Shown piece by piece: positions 41,396-54,089 of a stretch of 64,000 nt of DNA (positions within the stretch are counted from its first letter, which is position 1; each line of letters starts with the position of its first letter). Where the stretch lies: the NCBI GenBank assembly GCA_001687465.1, contig LVLI01000072.1:1-64000 (forward strand), written 5' to 3'. The notes under the pieces were generated by a model. The model worked only from the letters and a program-made list of their open reading frames with translations. It was not told the DNA's origin and searched no databases. Position numbers and translations under genes: made by a program. The DNA comes from Halocafeteria seosinensis (taxonomy: Eukaryota).

Positions 41396-42421
41396 TCAAA
41401 CCGGACCTGTGATCCACGACTTTACAGCTTCGTACCCAGCGAATGTAAAGGCATTGCATACCACGGCCCTATAAAGGCACGGCACCAATCCCCGGTAAAA
41501 AGAACTCAATCCTTCTCGTTTATACATAGACCGAACACAGTGCACCATTCCTTGATATCGTCGGCGCTGTGGTTCCGAAGCATCACTTTGGATCCGAGAC
41601 TTAACTACATCGATAGGATACGTTGCGGACCAGTAGGATAGACCTGCTGCTCCTCCACAAAGCAGTGATATCATAAAAGGGGGCTTCGCCGATGGATTCG
41701 TTATAGTTCCAGGCGCAAGTTCTCGTTTTAGGGTCTCATACGTACCAAAATAGACTGCAGTCGCCGGAACGTTACGCGCGGTGGTGGCCAATTGCCCTTG
41801 CATGATCCCTCGCATGCCATACTGTTGGAACACAACCCGCAGACAGTGCACTGATCCCTTGTACAGTGGTTCCCCCTCGATTGCTTTACCCCTCATGGAT
41901 TGCGCCTGCATCTTCGTTTTGGCCAGATCTGATGGAGACTGCAAAAAACTCGACACAAGTCCAGTGGCGCCTCCAGCCACAAAACATCCTAGTTCACTCA
42001 ATTTCGGGATGTGACCATACGAGTGCGTGACCTCCTCCTTGAGCCGTAAAGACTTGAAATGGCGGTCAATGAAGCGCTTGGAGTGCATGTACGTAAAGAA
42101 AAGAACGGCACAGAAGCCACTGGTGGCTAATAAAGGAGTGGCCATGCCTCTCCATAATCCCGTGAATCCTTCTTTGTGGATGATTTCCTGGAATACCGTC
42201 ACAGTACCCGTCGACGACTGAGTCTCTCCTACCGTACTAGCGCCCATACGGGCGAATTGAGCCCTTGTTTTCACTGTATCAAAGGGCTGAGAGGCAAAAA
42301 GTCCCGTAGCTGAGCCAGTGGAACTTGACACAATTTCGATCAGAGCGTTCATTATCTCGCTCCGTGGAGCGGCAGAAGCCGCCACCACCTCTCCATTTGG
42401 ATATTCCTTCTTATCCTCCAT
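41396..42421 (-). CDS. SLC25 mitochondrial carrier (carnitine/basic amino acid carrier-like), intronless
   Basis: PFDTVKTRAQ, PSDLAKTKMQ, PIDVVKSRIQ. Confidence 0.92.
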   Translation of the reverse strand: MEDKKEYPNGEVVAASAAPRSEIMNALIEIVSSSTGSATGLFASQPFDTVKTRAQFARMGASTVGETQSSTGTVTVFQEIIHKEGFTGLWRGMATPLLATSGFCAVLFFTYMHSKRFIDRHFKSLRLKEEVTHSYGHIPKLSELGCFVAGGATGLVSSFLQSPSDLAKTKMQAQSMRGKAIEGEPLYKGSVHCLRVVFQQYGMRGIMQGQLATTARNVPATAVYFGTYETLKRELAPGTITNPSAKPPFMISLLCGGAAGLSYWSATYPIDVVKSRIQSDASEPQRRRYQGMVHCVRSMYKREGLSSFYRGLVPCLYRAVVCNAFTFAGYEAVKSWITGPV

Positions 42422-42616
42422 CCTATACCGACTTACACGGCATTTATCTACAATACCCAGTCTATCCGACCATCTGGCAATCCCGGCGGAAAGCCCGGAG
42501 TCCGGGCGCAGGACCCGGTTCATTTGAATTCCATTCACCATCGCTTCTGTCTCCGTGTTTGTAGGAGAAATACACGTTTCGCACAGGGGAAAGAACTAAA
42601 AAGCGGAAGTGCAAAG

Positions 42617-45600
42617 ATGGGGTCCATTGATATGATGTCCATACGGGGCATCCGTAGCTTTAGCCCCGATGAAGAGCAGGTACGACAGGAATTCCGGAAT
42701 TCCTTTCCTTCATTATCTCTGTACTACATTGCATGCACGACGCAGACGATTAAATTTTATAAACCGTTGACTGTGATAGTGGGACAGAATGGGTGTGGGA
42801 AAACTGTAAGTGTATTGGAACACATCGAAATCAGTGGAAAACTTTTCTTGAAGGCAGCACTCTTCATTTGAATTCTGCACCTGGATATTACCGTCATTTT
42901 TGCTGCATTCATGCTTTCGAAGAGCGAGATTGATTCTTTTCATGTGATCATGTTTGCGTTTCTGCTTATCTTGATTGGAACACAGACGATCATCGAGTGC
43001 CTAAAATATATCACTACGGGAGCCCTTCCTCCTGGAGCTCGATCTGGGCAGTCTTTCATTCATGATCCAAAGGTATGTAACGAGCAAGCAAGGTATCAAC
43101 ATGTTTTGCATGTATGAGACGGGATATTCCGGTACAGATGGCCGGGCGAAGTGAAGTCAAAGCGCAAATAAAATTGAGGTTCACGAATAGAGTTCCGCAA
43201 ACAATGGTCTGCGTGAGGAATTTTCAAGTATGTTTTACGAAACGTTGGAGAGGAATGCGAATAAGATTTTTTATGATAATCAATTTCTGGTACGATCATA
43301 AATGATTCGTCAGGTCACACAAGCGAAAAAGACGCTACAGTTTAAGGCTCTCCATAGTGTACTGACGACTCGAGTCACAGGTGATGATGTACGTACGCCA
43401 TTTGCAGTGCATACCTACAGCATCGCCATTTCGTCATAGCAATGCTCATCAGGGCAACGAAAGAAAGGAGCAAATAAGTTCAACATGTACTGAAATGGAT
43501 AAACTGATGCCTACGCTTCTCGGTGTATCTAAACCCGTTTTGGAGCACGTTGTATTTTGTCATCAAGAAGACAGCAACTGGCCCCTTCAGGAGGGTGCTG
43601 TTCTGAAAAAGAGGTGCGCTCTATTAGACGTTGGCTGTTGTATTGTCTTTAGTGCATGCGGAGACTAAGTTCTATTTTGCTTTTGGAGCAGATTTGACGA
43701 GATTTTTGAGGCTAGCAGATACACCAAGGCCCTGGACGATATCAAGAAACAGAGTAAGAAGCATAGTCTGTGAACCATAAGGGTTAGGTTTTGCGTAGAA
43801 TCGTATCTGCGTTTCAGAAAAGGAAAAAACCGCAAACTTGAAAGATTTAGAGAACGAACTGAACCTGTGTGGTGAGCATGTGACACAGGTATGTTCACGT
43901 GATGTGGTTATAGGGTACTTGCTGACGGCTGTATGTTGGTTAGTGCCAGGCTAAAGAGCTTCGGCAGAGGCTTTCGCATAATGTTTCTCAGCAAGATGAA
44001 TTGTCGGAGGAAATTAACGAGACCAAGGAGCAGATATCGCGCTGCGATAGCATAATCAAGGACTGCAAAGACCGTCTTGCGAATTTGGAAGAAAACCGCC
44101 GCGATATCTACTCATATGAACGACAAATAGATTCGGCACAGAAGGATTTGGAGAAGTTCGACAAACGGTGTGTTGAGGAGATCGGGGATCATTGGATGGA
44201 GGATAACGAAATGGACGAAGAAGAACTAAAAGAATCTTGGGAACAGCTTCGTTCGACCCAAACAAAAGCCCAGGAGACCAGACAACGATGCAAAGAGCAA
44301 TTGACTCAACTGAAGAAGGAATTGGATTCGGTGAATGAGAAGAAGAGTAACTTATCAGCGCAACGGGGCTCTCTGGAATCCCGAGCTGAGGCCGTAAGTG
44401 AGAATATCGAAGAATGCAAAGCATTTGCGACGACTGTACTGGAGAATCATGGTCTGAAAAAGACGGGGATACACTTTGATATCGAGACATCTGAGGATGG
44501 CGTAGATCTCAGTGGCTACAATGAAGTGGAAAGACGATTATCCTCTTCAGCTACGGAAAAAGAAACAAAGCAGAAACGTTTGAAAGAAGAAGAGTCACGG
44601 GTGTGCTCAGAGTTAGACAAGGAAGTAGAAGACGCACACGCCAAACTCTCTAAATCTGAAGAGAAAGTAAATTCAGCCAGTACAGAACAGCACAATCTGA
44701 AAAAGCAGCTAAAGGAGACCCGGAAAAAGATCCAGGATCTTCAGGCTCAGGATACCTCAAGTCAGACCGACTCCCTGGAACGAAGTGTGAAGCGTGTCCA
44801 AGCGGATCTGGAAGAGCTTAGAAAACAGAAGGAAAAGAGTGAACATGAGCAGTCGATCAAGGAGGCAGACAAACAATTGCGTGCATACAAAGGTATGTTG
44901 ACGCATTCACTTGCTGCCCGCATGATTTTGTTGATGAAGTTGTCGTCATTGGTCTTGACTCCAGAGTTGTCTGCTTCAATCCGTCAATTGTGGGAGACGT
45001 ACAGGGCACAGATGGATACCTACGTCCTGCTGGAAGAGAGGCAAAACCAGCTGAGCAAAGTCAAAGAAGACCTTGATCAACGAGTAAAAACCCACCACGA
45101 GGACTTTTCTGAAAAGTTAGGGCTTAACTTATCGGAGTTGGTATCCCAAAGGGAAAGCGTTAGCAGTCGCCTTTCAACTGTACTGAAGCAAAAGTAAGTC
45201 AAAAGAGGAATGTCCAGTAAATTGTGCATATATCACAATGTCTCTTGGTATCCTTCCATGCAGGACGGATAGAAGACAACAGACCTCAGATGAGTTGCAA
45301 GAAGCAAGGGACCGTTTGACTCGATATGAATCTGATTATTCTCACGTGAAGAAGCAGTTGGATGACACGAAGAAACAAATACAGTCTGTATATGCGAAGG
45401 TCCCCGATTCGTTCAAAGATAGCTCTAAGGGGTTTGAACACTTTTCGCATAGATACAGTACGGACGAGTTGGTGAAGGAAGTGGAAAGTGACGAAGGCAA
45501 TGTTGTTTTTGCGGACGAAAATACGCGGAAACGCCTTCAATCAGGAGATGCGGAACAACGTGCTCTGTGCAACGCTGGTTATCAGATTGCCAACATTCCA

Positions 45601-48274
45601 GCTGCGATACACTTCTTTGTACAGAAAAGAAACTGTCTCATTAAGATGAAGAATGTTTGTGAAGCCGCTGAACAGGTGATGCAGTTCGTTATTAAGATGA
45701 GCTCGGATAAATGTGCCTGTTGTGGACGTACGTGGGCAAGCAGCTCAGAGAAGAAATCTGGTAAGAGCACAATGAGAAAGTTGTCCCAGGTGCTTCAAGA
45801 GTCTGATAAGAGCCCTGAGGAATTTAAAAAACTGGATGACGAATTGTCGGAAGAGAAATCGCAACTCGAGCAGGTTGATCAATATTGGAAGAGTATGTAT
45901 CAACAGGCGCTTAAACTTGAGAACCTGCAGTCGGACATGGAGTCAAAGGAGAAGGAGAAGCGTGCTTTGAAGTCCAGTGTCTCCACCATTGAGCAAAAAG
46001 TGCAGTCTTCAAACGAAGAAATCAGAGCCTTAGAGGACGTCCGGCAGCATGCTAGTGAATTAGACAACGGAATAGAAAACGTGAAGACTTTGGAGCGGCA
46101 AGTCAAAGAAACACAGGAGAGTGTTGACTCACGTCTCTCTGACTTAGAAAACATGGATAATTCGTTTTGGTTGCGCAAAGTTGACGAAGAGCTACATCCC
46201 TTTCTTACCGACCTGAACGAGATAACTGGTCCGGTCCAGCAGAAACAGCAAGAATCATTTTCTTCGTTTGTATCTTCTTTATCCACGGCAATTGAATCGT
46301 GCGAAGAGAAATGCGCCACTGTTCAAACTTCTCGAGACCGACTTTCAGCTCTGCAAAACCAGCAAGCTAGAATGGAGGCAGAGACGCAAGATCAGCTTGT
46401 GCGTCTTCAACAGCAATTAACAGAAGTCCATGCGTCTCAAAGTGAGCTTCGGAAGCTTCAAGATGAACAAGAAAGCTTAGAAAAACGAATTAATGAGTCC
46501 ACCAAGAGCAAAGAAGACGCGGAAAAGGAAGTACCCTCGCTAAAATCTGTTTACCAAAACGCCAAGGAAAAGAGGAAAGAGACTCTTGATGAGTATCGGA
46601 ACAAGATTAAAGAGGTGGAAGATTCTTTAAGTCAAATGAAAACAGACTTGGAGAAGCTCCAAAGCTATAGGGAACGAATTACTCAAATGACTAAGGAGAA
46701 CCCCTCGCAAAAGCTGAAGGAATTGGAAGAGCAAAAGTCCCATCTTGATACGGAGGCCACGCGGATTTCTTCGGAAATTAAGCAGAACGAAGAAAAACTC
46801 CAAGAGGCAGAAGAAACTATTGAAGACCATAAGGCAATGGAAAGAGAGCTCTCCTTACATAGCGAACGGCACCAAAAAGTTCAAAATATCAAAGAAATGC
46901 GAGAGAAATTGGAGGCTCTTAAGAACTCTGTTAACGATGCCTTGGAGCTTTCAAGCCGGCCCATGGAAACGTTGCATGGGGAACAACCTACAACTGAAAA
47001 AGAACTATCCGAGTACCTGGAGCAAGTAGGACAGCAGCGAGAACACCTGCAACAGTCGAATGCTGAACGCGAAGGAAGGAAGTCTGAAATAATGAACGCT
47101 ATCAAGTCTGACAAGGAGAAGCTCAGGGACGCCAAGTATAAGGAGTAAGTGGGCTTCCATCGCTTGTAAGTATTCGGAGTGGAGAACCCAATTTTTCTTG
47201 CAGTATCGAGGAGCGCCATCGCCTCTGTCTGATTAAGCACGAGACAACTAGGATCGCTGTGGAAGATTTGGATAAGTTCAACAAAGGTGAGAAGCCTGCT
47301 ACACGCTAAGTGTCCGTATGCATTTCATTGGATGGGCGTTTCCTGTGGCACAGCTCTCGATAGAGCCTTGATGAAGTATCACCACCTTAAGATATCAGAA
47401 GTAAATGACATTATCCGAGACTTGTGGACGAATACGTAAGTAGTGTTTGTAACGGTGGTGTGCTTCTTTGATACACCCCTTTGTTTATGATGCAGTTATC
47501 AAGGACAAGACATCGAGGGAATTAAAATTGTTAGCGATGTGGAAACCGAAGAGGAATCGGGGTCCAGTTCAAAGAAAGGTTCGTACTCTATTCAAGTTTT
47601 CTCTATGTTAATTGATTGAACGTAGCTTTCTTCCCAGGAACGAGGAACTATAACTATCGACTAGTGATGTACAAGGGTGACACAGAACTTGACATGAAAG
47701 GACGTTGCTCAGCAGGTCAGAAAGTTCTTGCGTCCTTGATTATTCGATTAGCTTTGGCTGAAGCATTCTGTGCCGAGTGTGGCCTACTAGCTTTGGATGA
47801 GCCGACAACGAACTTAGACCATGACAACAAGATTGGATTGGCCAGAGCGCTATGCGAGTAAGTCGTCTATCCCGCTATTATTTGAGGGGCTCTTGAAAAT
47901 TTTTGACACGATCCTGCGCACAGCTTAATAGAGCATCGCCGCAAGCAAACGAATTTTCAACTAATAGTAATTACACACGACGAGGAATTTGTAATGGAGC
48001 TCGGAAGGTATGTTGGAGAATCCAAACTTTGGTTGAACTATTCTCCGCCGCCGTACTGACTAAGGTTGTTCTATCGCCAGGCAATCCAACGGAGGTGGAG
48101 GCAGTGGCTCGGATCTCGCACATTATTTCCGAATTTCTCGCAAGGAAGTGTAAGCATCCATGTAGCTGAAAGTAGGCATCATGTCCACTATTTATTTTAG
48201 GTGGAGCATTTTGAATTCGGTTTTGCAGATCCCACGGGTATTATGTGTCCAGGATTGCACAACAAGAGTTCTAG
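42617..48274 (+). CDS. RAD50: DNA repair protein Rad50
   Basis: GIRSF, Walker [20 protein letters not shown], long coiled coil with CxxC hook (CACC), signature [10 protein letters not shown], Walker [12 protein letters not shown]; many introns. Confidence 0.96.
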
Positions 48275-48918
48275 TTTCCGAGATATGAGGTGATAGGAAA
48301 TCATAGGTGGTCCAGTACATTGTGCTATTTTTCACCGTGTTGCGAACGCTACCTCATGGTATTGAAGCCGTAGCAGCTATGCTTCGTAGATTAATATACC
48401 TCTCATTCAGTACAGTCGTAGCCACTCCATTGGGGGGATGCGCTCAAAGGCGCTTATTTTTTTGAAAGAACTATACGATAAACCGTTTAATCTCAGGGTA
48501 GCGGATCTCGTCCCTTTTGTTGGGGATCTTCGGCTGCGCCTGAGCTGTCTGGTACAGAGAAGCAATTGCAGGATGTTGCGCAAGTGGTTGCATTTAGTAA
48601 TGCCCAATACAGTGTATGAGGAGAGGCGACTGGTGTGTATTCAACGAGGAGAGGCGTAGCCTACTGTGGTACTTACGACACAGTTGAAGCCGGATACACG
48701 CACCACCCCAAGATGAAGACGCGATCGGTGTCGTTCACACGGTCCAGGATTGTGTGAGGTATTTGGACGATAGTAAGAGGCTAGTAGTTTTCAATGAGTT
48801 GTTTGGTTTGGGAAACTTTCGCCTATGGAGTGTGGGAAAAGTAAAAAGCAAGACAGCAACATATAAAAGAACAAGCAACCGGCTTCTTATTCCATATCTT
48901 CGTGACCCTCAGAACACG

Positions 48919-51106
48919 ATGGCCTTCGGTCTCTCCCAAGAAGAGAAAAACAGGCTCAAGAGGCTTGTCGGTAGCGATCCAGATCCTGTAGCCGTGGGAA
49001 AAGTGTTGGGAGAGCTGCCAGAAGGAGCATGCAACAGCATCAGTTTTGGCGACGTATGTAAAGGGATTTCTCTCCATGTCGGTTTTTCTTCAACCTCGTA
49101 AGATCGTAGGTGCGGGTCACCCCGACGAACCTTGAAAGAGCACAGTACCGGCTGCGTTAAATGTAGCGCATATTTCAGAATGGAATAACCTTGAATAATG
49201 TTTGCTGTTGATGCGTCCATTGCAGTCCCAGGACACACTGCTTCATTGCGCTGCGTTTCGCGGAAACAAGGAGATAGTGAGGATGCTTCTTCAGGAATTC
49301 GGCGCTGATCTTGGCGTCCTCAATGCAGTAAGCACTCGCAAAAACTGAGTTAGAATGCAAATTCACTGCTTACCCTTCTTGTGTGCCTTCTGCATTCCCA
49401 GCGTGAAGAATCGGCACTTCATGTCGCTTGCGAGGAAGGGCACTACGAAACAGCAATTATGCTTCTCAGAGACTTCGGTGCTGACGTCCATGCCGTTACA
49501 GAAGTATGACAAGCTTGAAAAATACGGAAATATACGAGTGGTGTACGTTTACGCATATCGCGTGTCTTGTACAGGGCAAATGGACTCCATTACACTGTGC
49601 GGCGAGTAGCGGGAATGTCCCTCTCGTGCGGGAGTTGTGCGCCAACTACGGGGCCAATACTGATGTTGATGCCAAGAATAATGTACGCATCTGAATTTTC
49701 ATAAGGGTCAACGCTAGACAGATGAAAACGAAGTTAGCCGTGCAGATGAACCGGACACCTCTCCATAAGGCGACATTCGAAGGGAAATATGATATCGTGA
49801 AAGTCCTGGCTGGAGAGTTCGTTGCGAATGTTCATGCGAAAACCAAGGTACATGATTCGTATTGCACATGCACTTGAGAACTTTCCTAATTTATTTAATC
49901 TCAATGCCATTCGAGAATGGGTATACGCCTTTGCAAAATGCATGCCAACATGGTCACATTGCCGTTGTCCGCCTATTGTTGAAAGAATTTGATGCTGCTC
50001 AAGATATTTATGAGGAAAACACTGTAAGACGCATGTTTGGCATATCCGATGGGTGTGCCTTTTTATGATTGGCTTTAATGCGTGTCACAGAAAGGACGGA
50101 ATGCGAAGGATGTCTCTACTGATGCAATTCGCCGTCTGATTGATCATTTTGAGAGCGGGGCAGACCCTGACGAAATTACTGACGAAGGCGAACTAGGTAA
50201 GGGCGTTGACTCAGCAGAATACGCGCCCAAGAAATTACAAAGTTCATTCTTTAGAAATCTTATGCACCAGAATCACGAATAACTAATGAGCTCAGGAAGA
50301 CGTACCTCGTAACGTTGACGGAATATCGGATCACTCCTCACGATCGTGACTGCTTAGGCCAGGGGACATTTGGAACCGTGTACAAAGTCTCCTACGAAGG
50401 TGAAACTCTAGCAGTAAAAGTTCCCTCGAGAAATGTGTCTTGTTTGGATGCCGCGAAGGAAGTGTACATGCACAGCACTCTGCATCATCCGAACATTCTA
50501 AAACTCCGAGGATACGCCGTGATTCGTAATAAGATATGCGGAGTGTATGACTTCTGCTCGAAAGGGAATCTTCGCAGGCTTTTGAACATGGGCGATCAAG
50601 TTACATTCCCATGGACGAAGAGACTGCACTATCTCTTGCAGGCGGCTAGAGCGGTTAAGTACCTCCACAATCAAGAGGCAGCGGTCCTGCACCGTGATCT
50701 GAAACCAGAAAACTTGCTGATTGACGAAGCAGATGACATAAAGGTGGCTGACTTCGGCCTCTCCAGATTTGCCCCTCATCCCACTAGTTTGTTGTCGCAA
50801 GGTGTGGGAACGCCGCAGTATACAGCTCCTGAGATTCACTCTGCTGAAGCGCATTATGACGAAAAGGTTGACGTGTTCTCGTTTGCAATGATGGTTTGCG
50901 AACTTTGCTCATTGAGAAGACCCTTCAAAGAGTACGCCAATTCTTTCCAGATTCATCGAGCCATCGTCGATGGAATACGGCCTTCAATACCGGAAGGAAT
51001 TTCAGGCGAGCTCGTGTCACTGATTACACAGGGGTGGTCCCACGATCCTCAGGAGCGCCCTTCATTTTCTAGAATAGTCTCTGTCCTTGAAAGCTTGAAT
51101 CGCTGA
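48919..51106 (+). CDS. Ankyrin-repeat TKL-type protein kinase
   Basis: Five ankyrin exons (e.g. WTPLHCAASSGNVPLVREL), then kinase GQGTFG, AVK, HRDLKPEN, DFG, GTPQYTAPE. Confidence 0.9.
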
Positions 51107-51588
51107 ACGCTTTTGTACAATTGTACTACATAAGTCCGAAACAAGTGAGGCCGTTGTGAGACAGCTCCAGCATCGACCCTGAGTTTATATTCTACTTCAT
51201 ATATGCTGTATTCTTTTAGCAATGAATTCGAGGGTTGGATTAAAGATAAAGTCCCATGCGGTCTTAATGCATTTTACATTGTATAGTTGTCACGACCACT
51301 TCATGCGCATGGACTTCAGCCGCGGTGATATGCCTTCCTTCCCCACAAAGTTAGCTAGTTCCCCCGTTTCTTACACATTTCGGTACGCCTCTGTCGTAAG
51401 TTATGTGCTTTCCTAGAGCGCCTTCCTCAAGAAGCGCATGCAAACACAGCCAGTGTTCCTCCGAAACCATCCTCTCACTGCCATGCGGAGATCATGAAAC
51501 TACTTAAAGAAACGGTAGCATTGCTATCGTCAGTAACACGTGCTCGACCGGCATCAACATGTGCTGAAGCTATACAGCTTAAGATGAG

Positions 51589-52839
51589 TTATTGACTTCT
51601 TCGGAAGTGGGGGCAAGATTCGATAACCGGGTTCCCCGGTATGACCCTTTCATGCTTCTGCCTGTAAGCTCTTCGAAAGCATGAGCCACACACGGGCAAC
51701 GTCCTCTTTCCCATGCGGGTTCTTGTTAAAGGGCAGGAACCATCTCCGGTCTTGGTGGAACCTCTACTAGCGCTAGGGTTGGGATTATTAGAAGGGCAAA
51801 ATACATCCATGGTGCCTGTGGGAGTCGAAGTGCGAGACGCAGTCCCAGAGTCGGTCACGGTGACCGTCGCTGTCGATGTGTGTGTAGGAGACGCGGAAGA
51901 CGCAACCCTCGGCGTTACACTTGGTGTTGGAGTTTTGCTAGTGCTTCCGGCTTCTGTGGGACTCCTGGTAGCACTGCGATTGGGAGTATCAGGAGAATGA
52001 GAAAATACATCTATGGTGCTTGTGGAAGTCGAAGTTCGAGACGCAGCCCCAGAGCCCGTCATAGTGACCGTTGCTGTCGATAAAGGAGACACGGAAGCCG
52101 TAACCCTCGGCGTTACACTTGGTGCTGGAGTTTTGCTAGGCGTGCTTGTTCCGGTCTTTGTGGGATTCCTAATAGCCCTGGGATTGGAAATATTAGGAGA
52201 ATGAGAAAATACGTCTATGGTCCCTGTGGGACTCCTCGTGGAACTAGGAGTTGGGCTGCTAGAGGATGAAGGGGTCGGTCCTCCATGGGTAATTGAGAAG
52301 ACTCCAACACTTTCCCTACGGTTCTTGGTAACTTCGAACTGATGCTCTTCATGAAGAAAGATCCAATTCTCTCCATCATCACTCCCATATAGTCTCCAGG
52401 AAATGGGATCTCTTGCTGGTCTATCATTAGCAGTAAACCATTCGTAGCCGTCGAACTTGTATTCGTTGCCATCACCTGCATCTGAAATTATCGAGGATTC
52501 TCCCTCCGAATTAGATTGATCGTCTGCGAAATTAAGATCCAGCCATTTGGTGTTTACATCATCCCGCAACTCTGGTGGAAGTTCTCTACGTCCACCTACT
52601 CTACTTCCATCAGCCGGATGTCTACCGCCTGGGTTCGTTATGTCGTTGCTCAGCAGCACTGCAATTTTATTTCTCATTAAATGGAATACCGACACTTGAA
52701 CACCGATGGCCGATCCGGGTTTTCTCTCATAAATAGTCCATTTAATGTACCGGAATTCCACCTCAATGCCGTAAGCCAATGGGACCAAATGACAGAGGGA
52801 AATCAACAGTAAGAGTAGTTTAAAAAGCAACGCCGTCAT
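51589..52839 (-). CDS. Secreted protein with F5/8-type (galactose-binding-like) domain and Ser/Thr/Pro tail
   Basis: Signal peptide MTALLFKLLLLLISLCHLVPLAYG; TKWLD, TANDRPARDPISWRLYGSDDGENW; intronless. Confidence 0.7.
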   Translation of the reverse strand: MTALLFKLLLLLISLCHLVPLAYGIEVEFRYIKWTIYERKPGSAIGVQVSVFHLMRNKIAVLLSNDITNPGGRHPADGSRVGGRRELPPELRDDVNTKWLDLNFADDQSNSEGESSIISDAGDGNEYKFDGYEWFTANDRPARDPISWRLYGSDDGENWIFLHEEHQFEVTKNRRESVGVFSITHGGPTPSSSSSPTPSSTRSPTGTIDVFSHSPNISNPRAIRNPTKTGTSTPSKTPAPSVTPRVTASVSPLSTATVTMTGSGAASRTSTSTSTIDVFSHSPDTPNRSATRSPTEAGSTSKTPTPSVTPRVASSASPTHTSTATVTVTDSGTASRTSTPTGTMDVFCPSNNPNPSASRGSTKTGDGSCPLTRTRMGKRTLPVCGSCFRRAYRQKHERVIPGNPVIESCPHFRRSQ

Positions 52840-53887
52840 ATGGATTCGACTCCAGCGCTCACTCCCTGCAGCTTTTCAGGGCTGGTACTCTCTCTACTTG
52901 AGATCCTTATCCAAAATCACGTAGCGTGTGTCTCTTCTTATGCGCTCATTTCTTCAAGTAAAATTTGCCTGCTATTTGTTTAGGCAGTCTGGCAGCTGAC
53001 GATTTCAAACAGAGCCAAATACCCATATTCGCTACGAAGTTCGCTTCTCGTCCTGCGGAATCTCCAATGCCCAACTGAGCAAAGCCACCGTGTGAGGACG
53101 TCACCCCGGAGTTCGAAAGCGAATTTGTATGTTCCAAGCAATTACCCTATTGCAGCACTTTGCTTACAGGTATTTTGTGTTCGGGGCATGCTAATTAGTT
53201 AAAGTCGTCACTTTCTTTAAGGTAACCAATGTATTTCATCCATATCTAGACAGGCAAGTTGTAGAGAACAGCCCCACTGTCACAGGGGGGATTTCGATTA
53301 TGAATCTAAAAATAAACAGAAACGTGCCCAGTCAGGGACTGACAACTCGTCCTATGTGTTCCCAAATGTATATTGTTACTACCCGATGAACAAGTGGAGC
53401 TATTTGATACGGGAGTTGTGTCTTGTGATGGGCTTCGGGGAAAACGCAATTATGTTCGCGAAGACTATTATAATTTTTGAAAAGATGGACGTATATTAAT
53501 TAAGCCAAATGGCTCTTCCTCTTTTAGGCTGTGACAAATGCAGCGATCTAGCATCTGTTGGACTCTAGCAGTACTGTGCATTGCAGCAATGCCGTTGCTG
53601 TGTATTCGCAAACTAGTCTGCGTGAAATGTTTTTTTGGTATTGTGTGAACTGAAGAGCCCACTTTGAATATGATCCACTGAATGGCACTGACATGCCTGC
53701 TATTTATAAGATCCGAACGAAACAGTTACTTTTTTCTATAATTGCATCCGATTGTTGTTGCCAATACCACCAGTTGTATCTCCTCGTGCATAACGTCTCG
53801 TCACCGAACTCTTCTCCAACGGCACTTGCTAAAGGTGCATACAGTTGGTGTCGCGATTTCTCCTAAGTTTCCGACGTAGCAACCATG

Positions 53888-54029
53888 CTGTGTTCCCTCA
53901 CGGCGCATGTCAGCAAGGCTGCAGGAACAGCGGGCCCGTCGCTGCTTAACACGGGCGCATACCGCTCCTCGTTAAGAGGATGCGGTCAACTAGCCGGCCG
54001 GTGGGCTATCTGTCACATTTGTGTGTGTG
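53888..54029 (+). mobile_element. Retroposon-like repeat, copy B
   Basis: Near-identical to 60311-60453; flanked by ACCATG direct repeats (53882-53887 and 54030-54035). Confidence 0.78.
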
Positions 54030-54089
54030 ACCATGACTCATCCCTAAGCTTCAATATTCGAGGAGTCCAGCACCAGCACTATGCCTTAC

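Noticed and set aside
45712..45723. Rad50 hook CACC rather than CPxC
   Set aside because: Both zinc-binding cysteines are retained; minor variation
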